Of a DNA stretch of 64,000 bases, positions 29,664 through 38,020 are shown in pieces. The DNA comes from an uncultured bacterium (GTDB taxonomy: Bacteria; Zixibacteria; MSB-5A5; GN15; FEB-12), in contig CBDVDR010000013.1 of NCBI GenBank assembly GCA_965372795.1, forward strand, positions 1-64,000. The letters run 5' to 3'. Position numbers and translations under genes: made by a program. Positions within the stretch are counted from its first letter, which is position 1. Every line of letters begins with the position of its first letter. The notes under the pieces were generated by a model. The model saw only the letters and a list, made by a program, of their open reading frames with translations, ran no database searches and was not told the DNA's origin.

Positions 29664-30120
29664 AAAACTGTTCCTTTGTTCCGGTTTTAACAGCTTTGCT
29701 CATATCAATGGCTAATTGACCTGATGGAAGTTTCTCAATTTTGTGCCATAATAAACCTTTTGGTGCCGGACCCTGAACTATTTCACCTTTTAAACCGAAT
29801 TTTGAACCGTGGCAGGGACAATCAAAACCTCTGCCCGACCACTTTACAACACATCCTAAATGGGTGCATGTCGTAGATATAGCAAAAATTCCTTCATCAT
29901 CTGCGAAAAGAACTACTCTCTCTTTCTCAAAAATTTTGACTGATCCGGCGGGATAATCAGCAGGCATCCCCAGTTTTATTTTTTTTGATTCCTGCGGTAA
30001 CAGGGTCGGCATGGTAAACTTTGCTAAGGCTCCGCCCCATACTAATAATGAACCCCAAAAGGTTGCAGGAGCATATTTGCTTATAAAGTTACGCCGTGTT
30101 TCTTTTTTCTCTTCCATCAT
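29656..30120 (-). CDS. qcrA: Rieske 2Fe-2S subunit
   Basis: TRRNFI Tat anchor; CTHLGC and CPCHGS boxes; GPAP; start at 30120 or 30117. Confidence 0.9.
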   Translation of the reverse strand: MMEEKKETRRNFISKYAPATFWGSLLVWGGALAKFTMPTLLPQESKKIKLGMPADYPAGSVKIFEKERVVLFADDEGIFAISTTCTHLGCVVKWSGRGFDCPCHGSKFGLKGEIVQGPAPKGLLWHKIEKLPSGQLAIDMSKAVKTGTKEQFYV

Positions 30121-31954
30121 TACCACCTATTTCGCAAAAAGTAACTCTTTCCATTGTAATAGCACCAACCGGACAACGATCAACGCAGCATGCACAACGA
30201 ATGCATTTTGTTTCATCCTTAATAATTGCTGAATCAGCTTCTGAAAATCCTGCTTCGTGTAAATCAAAATTATTTTCAATTGCCAACTTAGCAACATCTA
30301 CCAATTGAAGACACAACTCGGGGCAAACATCAGCACATCCCCCGCACAAGACGCAAGCCTCGCCATTAAAAATTGTGTTCACACCACAATCAAGACAGCG
30401 AGCAGCCTCATTGACGACATCCATTTGTGTATAGCCAAGCTCAACCGCCGGACGCACCTGTTTGAGTCGATCCCGGACTTCCAAAACAGGGATATTCTGT
30501 CTTTGGGTTTCTTCATAGGAGGCTTCACGGGCATAATTATCAATAATTGCGTGGGCTATGTTAAACTCATGCTTCTGTTTCATGCCTGTTAATTGTGATG
30601 CGATTGTAGTTGCAACTTTTTTCCCATCAGCAACCGCATCAATTACCAATTTTGTACCGTAGGCACAGTCACCGGTAAAAAATATGTCAGGAACGGATGT
30701 TGATCCATCAGGACTGACCTCTACCATGCCGAAATTATTAAATACCAGCTGATCGCGCTCCGGATTTATAAATGACAGATCAATCTGCTGACCGATAGCC
30801 ATTAAAATATTGTCACATTCAATCTCAATTATATCAGCCTCATCAAACTGTGGAGCAAATTTCCCCTGATCATTAAGTATTGATAAACATTTTTTAAATT
30901 TTATACCAACCAGCTTATCATTTTTAATTATTACTTCATGAGGACCGACTGAATTTATACGAACGATGCCTTCCTCTTCACCTTCAACAATTTCGGTTTC
31001 GTCAGCCATCATCTCTTCAAGTGATTCCAGGCAACAAAGATGTACTTCCCGGACTCCTTCAATTCTTTTTGCCTGACGTGAGATATCGAGTTGTTCATAC
31101 CTTAAAGCCGACCTTCCGATATCATAAGCGACTGAGCCGCCGCCAATCACGACTATTTTTTCACCTAATTCAATATTTTTATCCAAATAGAAATCTCGCA
31201 AAAATTCAACTCCGCCCAAAACTTTCGAATGATCAAATCCCGGCATAGGCAATTTCCTTGATCGTTTGGCACCGACAGCGACAACCACTGCATCAAAATC
31301 TCTTGTCAACTGATCAAATAAAACATCTTTGCCAACAGTTGTATTGACCTGAAATTCCACCCCTAGGGCTTTGATAATATCAACTTCGCGTTGAATTATT
31401 TCCCGTGGTAAACGATAATCAGGAATGCCAACTGCAAGCATCCCCCCGGCAATCGGTTCAGTTTCAAAAATAATTGATTCTATTCCATAAAGAGCAAGAT
31501 CATGAGCGCAGGCTAAACCGGCCGGACCGGAACCTATAATGGCAACTTTTTTGTTAGATTTAGGAATATCATGATTTATTGATGTTAACTCATTTGAAAG
31601 CAAATTTTCACGATTTGAAACAAATGAACGAATATGATCCAACACCTTCAAAACCTGGGCATCACTATGAGCGGTGTGATACTGTTCGGATGCGAATCTT
31701 TTTAAAGCTCTAATAGAAACCGGCTTATCAATATCACCCCGGCGACAATTAACTTCACAAGGTGCCGCACAAATCCGTCCGCAGATAGAAGCCAGCGGAT
31801 TGGGACCCCGGGCAATCAAGTATGCCTTTTCGTAGTCACCCTGTGCCAAAGCACGAATATATCCGCGTGCATCTGTCCCTACCGGGCAGGCAGACTGACA
31901 ATTAATCAGGTCGAGCCAATACTGGTCATCAGGTACGTTTACAGAATAAGGCAT
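30089..31954 (-). CDS. NAD(P)H-dependent FAD/FeS oxidoreductase (GltD/NfnB-like) with C-terminal 2x[4Fe-4S] domain
   Basis: CQSACP...CGRICAAPCEVNC; GSGPAG; GGGSVA; EAARCLDC; CVLCGGCADVCP; CIRCACCVDRCP; no signal peptide. Confidence 0.85.
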   Translation of the reverse strand: MPYSVNVPDDQYWLDLINCQSACPVGTDARGYIRALAQGDYEKAYLIARGPNPLASICGRICAAPCEVNCRRGDIDKPVSIRALKRFASEQYHTAHSDAQVLKVLDHIRSFVSNRENLLSNELTSINHDIPKSNKKVAIIGSGPAGLACAHDLALYGIESIIFETEPIAGGMLAVGIPDYRLPREIIQREVDIIKALGVEFQVNTTVGKDVLFDQLTRDFDAVVVAVGAKRSRKLPMPGFDHSKVLGGVEFLRDFYLDKNIELGEKIVVIGGGSVAYDIGRSALRYEQLDISRQAKRIEGVREVHLCCLESLEEMMADETEIVEGEEEGIVRINSVGPHEVIIKNDKLVGIKFKKCLSILNDQGKFAPQFDEADIIEIECDNILMAIGQQIDLSFINPERDQLVFNNFGMVEVSPDGSTSVPDIFFTGDCAYGTKLVIDAVADGKKVATTIASQLTGMKQKHEFNIAHAIIDNYAREASYEETQRQNIPVLEVRDRLKQVRPAVELGYTQMDVVNEAARCLDCGVNTIFNGEACVLCGGCADVCPELCLQLVDVAKLAIENNFDLHEAGFSEADSAIIKDETKCIRCACCVDRCPVGAITMERVTFCEIGGNDGREKRNTA

Positions 31955-32046
31955 TACTATCCTGTTTATTATTAAGTTTAAAAAACTACATCAAAAGCGA
32001 TAACGGAAATGCATTTAAATAATATAGAGTTTATAGGGCTATAAAC

Positions 32047-32060
32047 TTGACTTAAGTCAA
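32047..32060. promoter_or_regulatory. FNR/Crp-family-like palindromic operator
   Basis: TTGACTTAAGTCAA perfect palindrome (TTGAC-N4-GTCAA; FNR consensus is TTGAT-N4-ATCAA) between divergent operons. Confidence 0.55.
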
Positions 32061-32104
32061 TGCATTCAATCTTAATTAAGACTTTTTTAAGTCTAAATAA
32101 ACTA

Positions 32105-32193
32105 TCTCCGAACTCCGGAAGACCCCTGTGGCCGCCGGAGACTCTACGGCCGGAAGAGCAATTTTCCGACCTGCCCGGTATTGGCAAAGGAGA
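32105..32193 (+). ncRNA. Molybdenum cofactor (Moco/Tuco) riboswitch-like RNA motif
   Basis: 5' TCTCCGA pairs with 3' GGAGA; 3' segment CCTGCCCGGTATTGGCAAAGGAG resembles the Moco motif; lies upstream of Moco genes. Confidence 0.7.
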
Positions 32194-32242
32194 CTATCTG
32201 GATATGATGTCATGTCTTAGCCAACCGGTTAAGGCTTTTTTT

Positions 32243-32812
32243 ATGAGTAAAACAAACATAGCAGCATATATTCTTGCCGGTGGTCAAAGCCGTCGCATGG
32301 GTCTTGATAAACTTTTTGAATCGGTTGGCAGTCAATCACTTTTGACAAAAACTATCGAAACTTGCCATAATATAACTTCTGAGACTTATATCGTAGCTAA
32401 AGACAAAAGGAAGTTTGAAGCTTTACCTTACAAAATCCTAATTGATGACCCGATTGCTGATGGTCCTCTGGCTGGCATAATTACCGCCTTAAAAAATTGC
32501 AAAGAGGAATATTGTTTTGTCACAGCTGCTGATTTTTATGATTTGAATCCGGAACTCATTCAAAATCTGGCTAAAATTTATAAAAACGAACAATTTTTAG
32601 GTATGAATATCAATAATCGAATCCAACCGCTATGTGGGATCTATAACAAGAGCTGTCTTCAGGTTTTGCAAGAGGCGGCAAAAAATTGTAACTACAAGAT
32701 GAAAAACATACTTGAAAATATAAACAGTAAATTTATAAATATTGAAATTTCGCCCTGGCGTAATATTAATTTACCCGAAGATTTAGAGGATATAAAGCAA
32801 GCCTATGTATAA
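32243..32812 (+). CDS. mobA: Molybdenum cofactor guanylyltransferase
   Basis: ILAGGQSRRMGLDK, GPLAGI, QPLCGIY, NINLPED; start at 32243 or in-frame 32204. Confidence 0.88.
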   Translation: MSKTNIAAYILAGGQSRRMGLDKLFESVGSQSLLTKTIETCHNITSETYIVAKDKRKFEALPYKILIDDPIADGPLAGIITALKNCKEEYCFVTAADFYDLNPELIQNLAKIYKNEQFLGMNINNRIQPLCGIYNKSCLQVLQEAAKNCNYKMKNILENINSKFINIEISPWRNINLPEDLEDIKQAYV

Positions 32813-33308
32813 AATAGCCATCATCGGAGCAAAAGATTCCGGCAAAACCACTTTAGTTGAAAAACTTATCAAGTTGCTTTCAAAGCAGGCAATATCGGTT
32901 ATGTCTATAAAACATTCGGCTCATAATCATAAATTTGATGTGAGCGGAAAAGACAGTGATCGCCATCGTCAGGCAGGATCAAAATTAACTTTGGCTATTA
33001 ACCCAAATGAATTTGCAATTTATTCTGAAAATGACACGATTATTCTTTCTGATTTGGAAAGTGCCTATTCAAAACTGTTTGATATATGCATCGTTGAGGG
33101 AGATAAATTTTCTGACATTCCAAAAATATTGCTAACCAGAAATATAGAGAATATCGACACAGAAAATATTACAGATGTTCAAGCAACCTATGGAAATATC
33201 GATATTAATTTTGTGAACAATCATTTCTTTAAAGATGACATCCCGCAACTTAGTGACGAAATCCTCAGACAATTATCCGAACATTCAGCAATTAGGAGGA
33301 CAGTTTGA
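32805..33308 (+). CDS. mobB: Molybdopterin-guanine dinucleotide biosynthesis protein B
   Basis: GAKDSGKTT P-loop, IKH, GKDSDRHRQAG, VEG. Confidence 0.88.
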   Translation: MYKIAIIGAKDSGKTTLVEKLIKLLSKQAISVMSIKHSAHNHKFDVSGKDSDRHRQAGSKLTLAINPNEFAIYSENDTIILSDLESAYSKLFDICIVEGDKFSDIPKILLTRNIENIDTENITDVQATYGNIDINFVNNHFFKDDIPQLSDEILRQLSEHSAIRRTV

Positions 33309-34246
33309 TCAATCGACTGCATTACCTTCGCATCTCTCTCTTAAACAGTTGTAATTTAAACTGTTTTTACTGTCGTCCCCCGCAAGAGGAGATTGGTAAA
33401 CAGGATACAGCAAATTTTGATAATTTCAAATCTTCTATCAAACTGCTCCACTCTCTTGGGGTTGGAAAAATTCGTTTTACCGGCGGTGAACCTACTCTTT
33501 ACAATAAACTACCTGATCTTATCCGTTTTGTAAAAAAATATGATACGTCAATCTACACCGGCATCACAACAAATGCTGTTTTGATGAATCAAAAAGCCCA
33601 GTCTCTTGCCGAGGCAGGGTTAGATTCTGTGAACCTTTCGATTGATACCCTGCATAAAGATAAATTTTGCAGAATTACCGGTCGTGATCGTTGGCAGGAT
33701 GTTATGGATGGGATCAATAAATCTGTTCAATATATTCCTAAAGTTAAACTAAACACGGTTATAATTCGAAATATTAATGATTCCGAAGTTACAAATTTAA
33801 TAAAATTTGCTAATGAATTAAAAATCGATATTCGATTTATCGAATTCATGCCGACCAAACACAACTCACAAATTTCTGATGAATATATTTCAGGGGATGA
33901 AATCATGAGTAGCCTGCCCTATTCATTTACCCCGACAGACTCAGATCAATCATCAGCCGCCAGATATTTTTCTTCACCTGAATTAGACATTAAAGTAGGT
34001 TTTATAAATCCGGTCTCACATTCATTTTGTAATATGTGCAACCGTATTAGATTAACATCCGATGGTCGTTTATTTGGATGCCTTTTTTCCGGTGCATCAT
34101 TCAATCTGTTTGATGCATTACAAAACGGGCAGGATAACGCTTCATCACAGATCCAAGAATTGGTTCGTAACAAAACTTATGCCGGATGTTCGATTGATAA
34201 TAATAAGAACACCCATCTACCATCATTTATAAATATGGGCGGGTAA
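33305..34246 (+). CDS. moaA: GTP 3',8-cyclase
   Basis: YLRIS...CNLNCFYC, RFTGGEP, FCNMCNRIRLT...C, C-terminal GG. Confidence 0.93.
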   Translation: MINRLHYLRISLLNSCNLNCFYCRPPQEEIGKQDTANFDNFKSSIKLLHSLGVGKIRFTGGEPTLYNKLPDLIRFVKKYDTSIYTGITTNAVLMNQKAQSLAEAGLDSVNLSIDTLHKDKFCRITGRDRWQDVMDGINKSVQYIPKVKLNTVIIRNINDSEVTNLIKFANELKIDIRFIEFMPTKHNSQISDEYISGDEIMSSLPYSFTPTDSDQSSAARYFSSPELDIKVGFINPVSHSFCNMCNRIRLTSDGRLFGCLFSGASFNLFDALQNGQDNASSQIQELVRNKTYAGCSIDNNKNTHLPSFINMGG

Positions 34247-34249
34247 TAA

Positions 34250-34723
34250 ATGACAAAACTAACTCATACAGATAATAATGGTAAAGCGATGATGGTAGAT
34301 ATTAGCGGGAAAAATAATTCTATCCGGGAAGCAACCGTTTCAGTTGAAGTGAAGCTTAATCAGGAGACTTTTACAAAAATTCAGGGAAATCAAATTGCCA
34401 AAGGTGATGTCTTATCAGTTGCAAAAATCGCCGGAATTCAAGCTTCAAAAAAAACAGCCGATCTAATCCCCCTCTGTCATCAGGTGCCAATAGATCATGT
34501 TGATATATCTTTTAATCTGGATTCTGTTAATTTAAAAATTGTGATCATTTCAACAGTGAAAACATCATCATCAACCGGGGTTGAGATGGAAGCATTTTGT
34601 GCCGGTTCAATTGCGGCAATTACAATTTATGATATGGTAAAAGCTGTTCAAAAAGATGTTGTTATTTCTGAATTGAAATTACTTCATAAAAAAGGAGGGA
34701 AATCTGGTGAATTCAACCGGTAA
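34250..34723 (+). CDS. moaC: Cyclic pyranopterin monophosphate synthase
   Basis: MVDISGK, KGDVL, LIPLCH, TGVEMEA, YDMVKA. Confidence 0.95.
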   Translation: MTKLTHTDNNGKAMMVDISGKNNSIREATVSVEVKLNQETFTKIQGNQIAKGDVLSVAKIAGIQASKKTADLIPLCHQVPIDHVDISFNLDSVNLKIVIISTVKTSSSTGVEMEAFCAGSIAAITIYDMVKAVQKDVVISELKLLHKKGGKSGEFNR

Positions 34724-35147
34724 AATTTATAAAATTTCTATCGCTTCCCAAAAAGGAATTAAAAAAACAAATATTGATAAAGTTGTGCTCAAAGAAAACT
34801 TTGGCATTATCGGTGATGGCCATGCCGGAAGTCTCAGACAGGTCTCAATGTTACCGTTTGAGTCGTTTGACAAAGTCAAAAATGATATTGTAGAAATCAA
34901 TCCCGGCGATTTTGCTGAAAATATTACAACAATCGGAATCGACTTCAAAAATATATTTATAGGTAAAAAAATTAAACTCGGTAAATCAATTGAACTTGAA
35001 ATCACCCAGATCGGTAAAGAGTGCCATCATGGTTGCTACATTCGCGAAGCGGTTGGTGATTGTATTATGCCAAGAGAGGGTGTTTTTGCAAAGGTACTAA
35101 CCGGCGGTGATATGTCTGTTGGTGATGAAATAAGTTGGGTCGAGTAA
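34707..35147 (+). CDS. MOSC domain protein
   Basis: GIIGDGHAG, RQVS, PGDFAENIT, TQIGKECH...C...CIMPREG. Confidence 0.85.
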   Translation: MNSTGKIYKISIASQKGIKKTNIDKVVLKENFGIIGDGHAGSLRQVSMLPFESFDKVKNDIVEINPGDFAENITTIGIDFKNIFIGKKIKLGKSIELEITQIGKECHHGCYIREAVGDCIMPREGVFAKVLTGGDMSVGDEISWVE

Positions 35148-35656
35148 TGTCATATACGGTTGGGATAATTATTATTTCGGATCGCGCTTATTCCGGTGAA
35201 CGTAAAGACGGCTGTATCGAAATTTTTGAAACTACTCTCGATAACAGATTTCAGATTGAAGATAAAACAATTGTAAGTGATGATCCCAAACTGATTGAGA
35301 AATCATTAAGAGAGTTTATTAAAAATAAATATAATTTAATTTTCACTTCCGGTGGAACAGGATTTGCAAAAAGAGATAACACTCCGGAAGTCACTGCCAA
35401 ACTAATTGAGAAACCAACTCCGGGAGTTGATGAAGCAATCAGAGTTTTTTCTCAAACAAAATCGCCTTATGCTATTTATTCCCGAGCAATATCAGGGATT
35501 GTTGGAAACTCTTTTATCATAAATCTGCCCGGTTCTCCTAAGGCTGTGCAGGAGATTCTTGAATTTTTACAAAAGACAATAGCACACCCGCTGCGATTGA
35601 TAACCAATCAAGTTGCGGATTGTCAGAAAGAATTTGAGAATGAAAACCTACGCTGA
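35147..35656 (+). CDS. mog: Molybdopterin adenylyltransferase (MogA/MoaB family)
   Basis: SDR, TSGGTG...RDNTPE, SRA, INLPGSPKA; TAATG coupling at 35147. Confidence 0.88.
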   Translation: MSYTVGIIIISDRAYSGERKDGCIEIFETTLDNRFQIEDKTIVSDDPKLIEKSLREFIKNKYNLIFTSGGTGFAKRDNTPEVTAKLIEKPTPGVDEAIRVFSQTKSPYAIYSRAISGIVGNSFIINLPGSPKAVQEILEFLQKTIAHPLRLITNQVADCQKEFENENLR

Positions 35657-36833
35657 AGCTGTCAACATCATCATCGAATGTATTAAAAAATTAGACAGCA
35701 TCGAATTACCGATAGAAAAAACAGTCAACTATGTTCTGGCAGAAGATATTGTTTCCAATATGGAGGTTGCTCCTTACAGGAATTCAGCTATGGATGGCTT
35801 TGCGATTGCCTACGAAGATATCATATCAATTCCTCAAACCCTTCCTATAAGAGCGATTTCTTATGCCGGAGATTCTAAATCATATTCTTTCAAGAAAAAA
35901 ACTGCCTTAAAAATAATGACAGGTGCCCCGGTTCCTGATGGATACGACACGGTTGTTCGGGTAGAAGATACAACCTTTGATGACACTGAGGTAACTTTCA
36001 AAATTCCAATTAATAAAAATCAGAATGTTCGAATGCCCGGTGAAGATATTCGTGCGGGTGATTTGATTTATAGATCAGGAAAATTGATCAATCCGCTTCA
36101 TATAGGAATTTTTGCATCTATCGGTTTAAAAAATATATTAGTTATACGAAAACCAAAAGTTTTGATTTTGAGTACCGGCAATGAACTTGTTGAACCCGGA
36201 AAACCTTTAAAATTTGGACAACTTTACAATAGCAACAGCTATACCCTTCGTTCAATGTTGGCTCCATTCTGTGAATTAATCACGGTTGATTCTATTGTCC
36301 TTGATGAACAGGACGAAGTAGCCAAAGCGTTGTCTCAGAATTATGACGTTATTATTACCAGTGGCGGTGTTTCTGCTGGAGATAAAGATTTTATTCCTGA
36401 CATTGCTAAAAGTTGCGGGTGGAATAAAAAATTACATAAAGCAGCCATCAAACCGGGTAAGCCGATATTTTTTGCTCAAAAAAATAATCAGTACTTATTT
36501 GGTTTACCGGGGAATCCGTTATCGACAGCTGTTACCGCAGCTTGTTTTGTAATTCCAGCCTTAAAAAAAATGATGGGCATCAAAAACTATCAGTTAAAAC
36601 CTTCTTCTGCCAAGCTAAGTAAAGATTCAATGATGAAAAGCGGGCGGACTCTTATATGGCCCGGGAAAATATTTTCTGAAAATGGAAATCTATTAGCATG
36701 TTTCTCATCAAAAAGATCTTCAGCTGCTCTTTCGGCTCTGTTAGACAGTGATGGTTTAATATTTCAATTTCAAACAGAAGATCAGCCGCAAAAGATTGAG
36801 GTTGTAAATTGGCAACAGATATTAAACATATAG
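35640..36833 (+). CDS. moeA: Molybdopterin molybdotransferase
   Basis: SAMDGFA, IMTGAPVP, STGNEL, TSGGVSAGDKD, KPGKP, GLPGNP. Confidence 0.92.
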   Translation: MKTYAEAVNIIIECIKKLDSIELPIEKTVNYVLAEDIVSNMEVAPYRNSAMDGFAIAYEDIISIPQTLPIRAISYAGDSKSYSFKKKTALKIMTGAPVPDGYDTVVRVEDTTFDDTEVTFKIPINKNQNVRMPGEDIRAGDLIYRSGKLINPLHIGIFASIGLKNILVIRKPKVLILSTGNELVEPGKPLKFGQLYNSNSYTLRSMLAPFCELITVDSIVLDEQDEVAKALSQNYDVIITSGGVSAGDKDFIPDIAKSCGWNKKLHKAAIKPGKPIFFAQKNNQYLFGLPGNPLSTAVTAACFVIPALKKMMGIKNYQLKPSSAKLSKDSMMKSGRTLIWPGKIFSENGNLLACFSSKRSSAALSALLDSDGLIFQFQTEDQPQKIEVVNWQQILNI

Positions 36834-37993
36834 AAATTCCGCCTGCTCCTCCAACTGTTTCTCATATAAAAAATATGCGCTTCAGTCTGATAGAATTTTC
36901 AGGCGGGCTGGGTGATCTTGGTACCTTTATTCCGTTAGTAGTTGGCATCTCTGCTGTTTGTGGAATGGATATCGGTCTCATTTTAATATTTGCAGGAATA
37001 TTTAATATTTTAACAGGGTTTTTATTCGGACAACCGATACCCGTTCAACCGATGAAAGCTATTGCAGCGGTTGCGATAACCGAGCAACTTCTCCCGGCTG
37101 AGATTGCAGCCGCAGGATTATTAGCAGGAGCTATTATTTTTGTTTTGGCAATCACAGGAATTATTGAAAAAATTGAACATCTGGTTCCGAAATCAATTAT
37201 CAGAGGTATCCAACTGGGGATCGGCCTAAAATTAGCTTTAAAAGGAATCGAATTTATAATCGGTACTCCCATAACCGGTTTAAATTCTATTTCAACAGCA
37301 ATCATATTTGGACTGTCTATTGTTTTGTTAACAAAAATCAAAAACTTTCCTGCAGCACTTTTCTTGTTTCTTAGTGGTATGCTAATTTTGTTTATTTCGG
37401 TACCTTCATTATTGTATGAGATCAACTTTTCACTTCCAAACTTTACGATAATAGTTCCTACGTTGGATAATTGGTTAACCGGTTTTACTCACGGTACTCT
37501 TCCACAAATTCCATTAACATTATTGAACTCTGTTTTTGCGGTTTGCATTCTTTCGGGTGATCTGTTTCCCGGTCAGAAAATATCAAGTCGAAAAATGGCC
37601 GCTTCGGTTGGTTTGATGAATCTTATCGGATGTGGGTTCGGCGGTTTGCCGGTGTGCCATGGTTCCGGAGGTCTTGCCGGACAATATCATTTTGGTGCAC
37701 GAAGCGGCGGGTCGGTTGTGATGCTTGGTATGACAAAACTTATAATTGGAATGTTTTTAGGAACCACGATTATGACTCTCATCCAGCAATACCCACTCTC
37801 AATATTGGGTATCATGTTGATATTTGCAGGCTATGAATTAAGCAAAGCGGTAAAAGATCAAAAAACATTTATCGGGCTTGGCGTCACTCTAACAACTGCA
37901 ACAGGAATATTATTATTTAACACTCTTTATGGTTTTTTAATCGGCATCGCAGTTTTCATAATTATAAAAAAAATAAATTCCGGTCATAAATAA
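36809..37993 (+). CDS. MOT1-family (MFS) molybdate transporter
   Basis: GDLGTFIP, PVQPMKAIAA, PQIPLT, PVCHGSGGLAGQYHFGARSG motifs. Confidence 0.82.
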   Translation: MATDIKHIEIPPAPPTVSHIKNMRFSLIEFSGGLGDLGTFIPLVVGISAVCGMDIGLILIFAGIFNILTGFLFGQPIPVQPMKAIAAVAITEQLLPAEIAAAGLLAGAIIFVLAITGIIEKIEHLVPKSIIRGIQLGIGLKLALKGIEFIIGTPITGLNSISTAIIFGLSIVLLTKIKNFPAALFLFLSGMLILFISVPSLLYEINFSLPNFTIIVPTLDNWLTGFTHGTLPQIPLTLLNSVFAVCILSGDLFPGQKISSRKMAASVGLMNLIGCGFGGLPVCHGSGGLAGQYHFGARSGGSVVMLGMTKLIIGMFLGTTIMTLIQQYPLSILGIMLIFAGYELSKAVKDQKTFIGLGVTLTTATGILLFNTLYGFLIGIAVFIIIKKINSGHK

Positions 37994-38020
37994 TAATCTT
38001 AGAACAAAGCTAAGCCAAAA

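Noticed and set aside
22910..30120. Arsenite oxidase (Rieske + Mo subunit) or formate dehydrogenase interpretation
   Set aside because: The Rieske belongs with cyt b; the Mo subunit has its own Tat signal, a four-Cys FeS motif and Cys-Met (not Cys/Sec-His) at the Mo ligand; napGH follow
30089..31954. Glutamate synthase small subunit gltD
   Set aside because: No gltB nearby; it has an extra C-terminal ferredoxin domain and overlaps the Rieske gene
32060..32242. 61-aa N-terminal extension of MobA from the ORF track
   Set aside because: It spans the operator and riboswitch region; MobA similarity begins at MSKT...ILAGG
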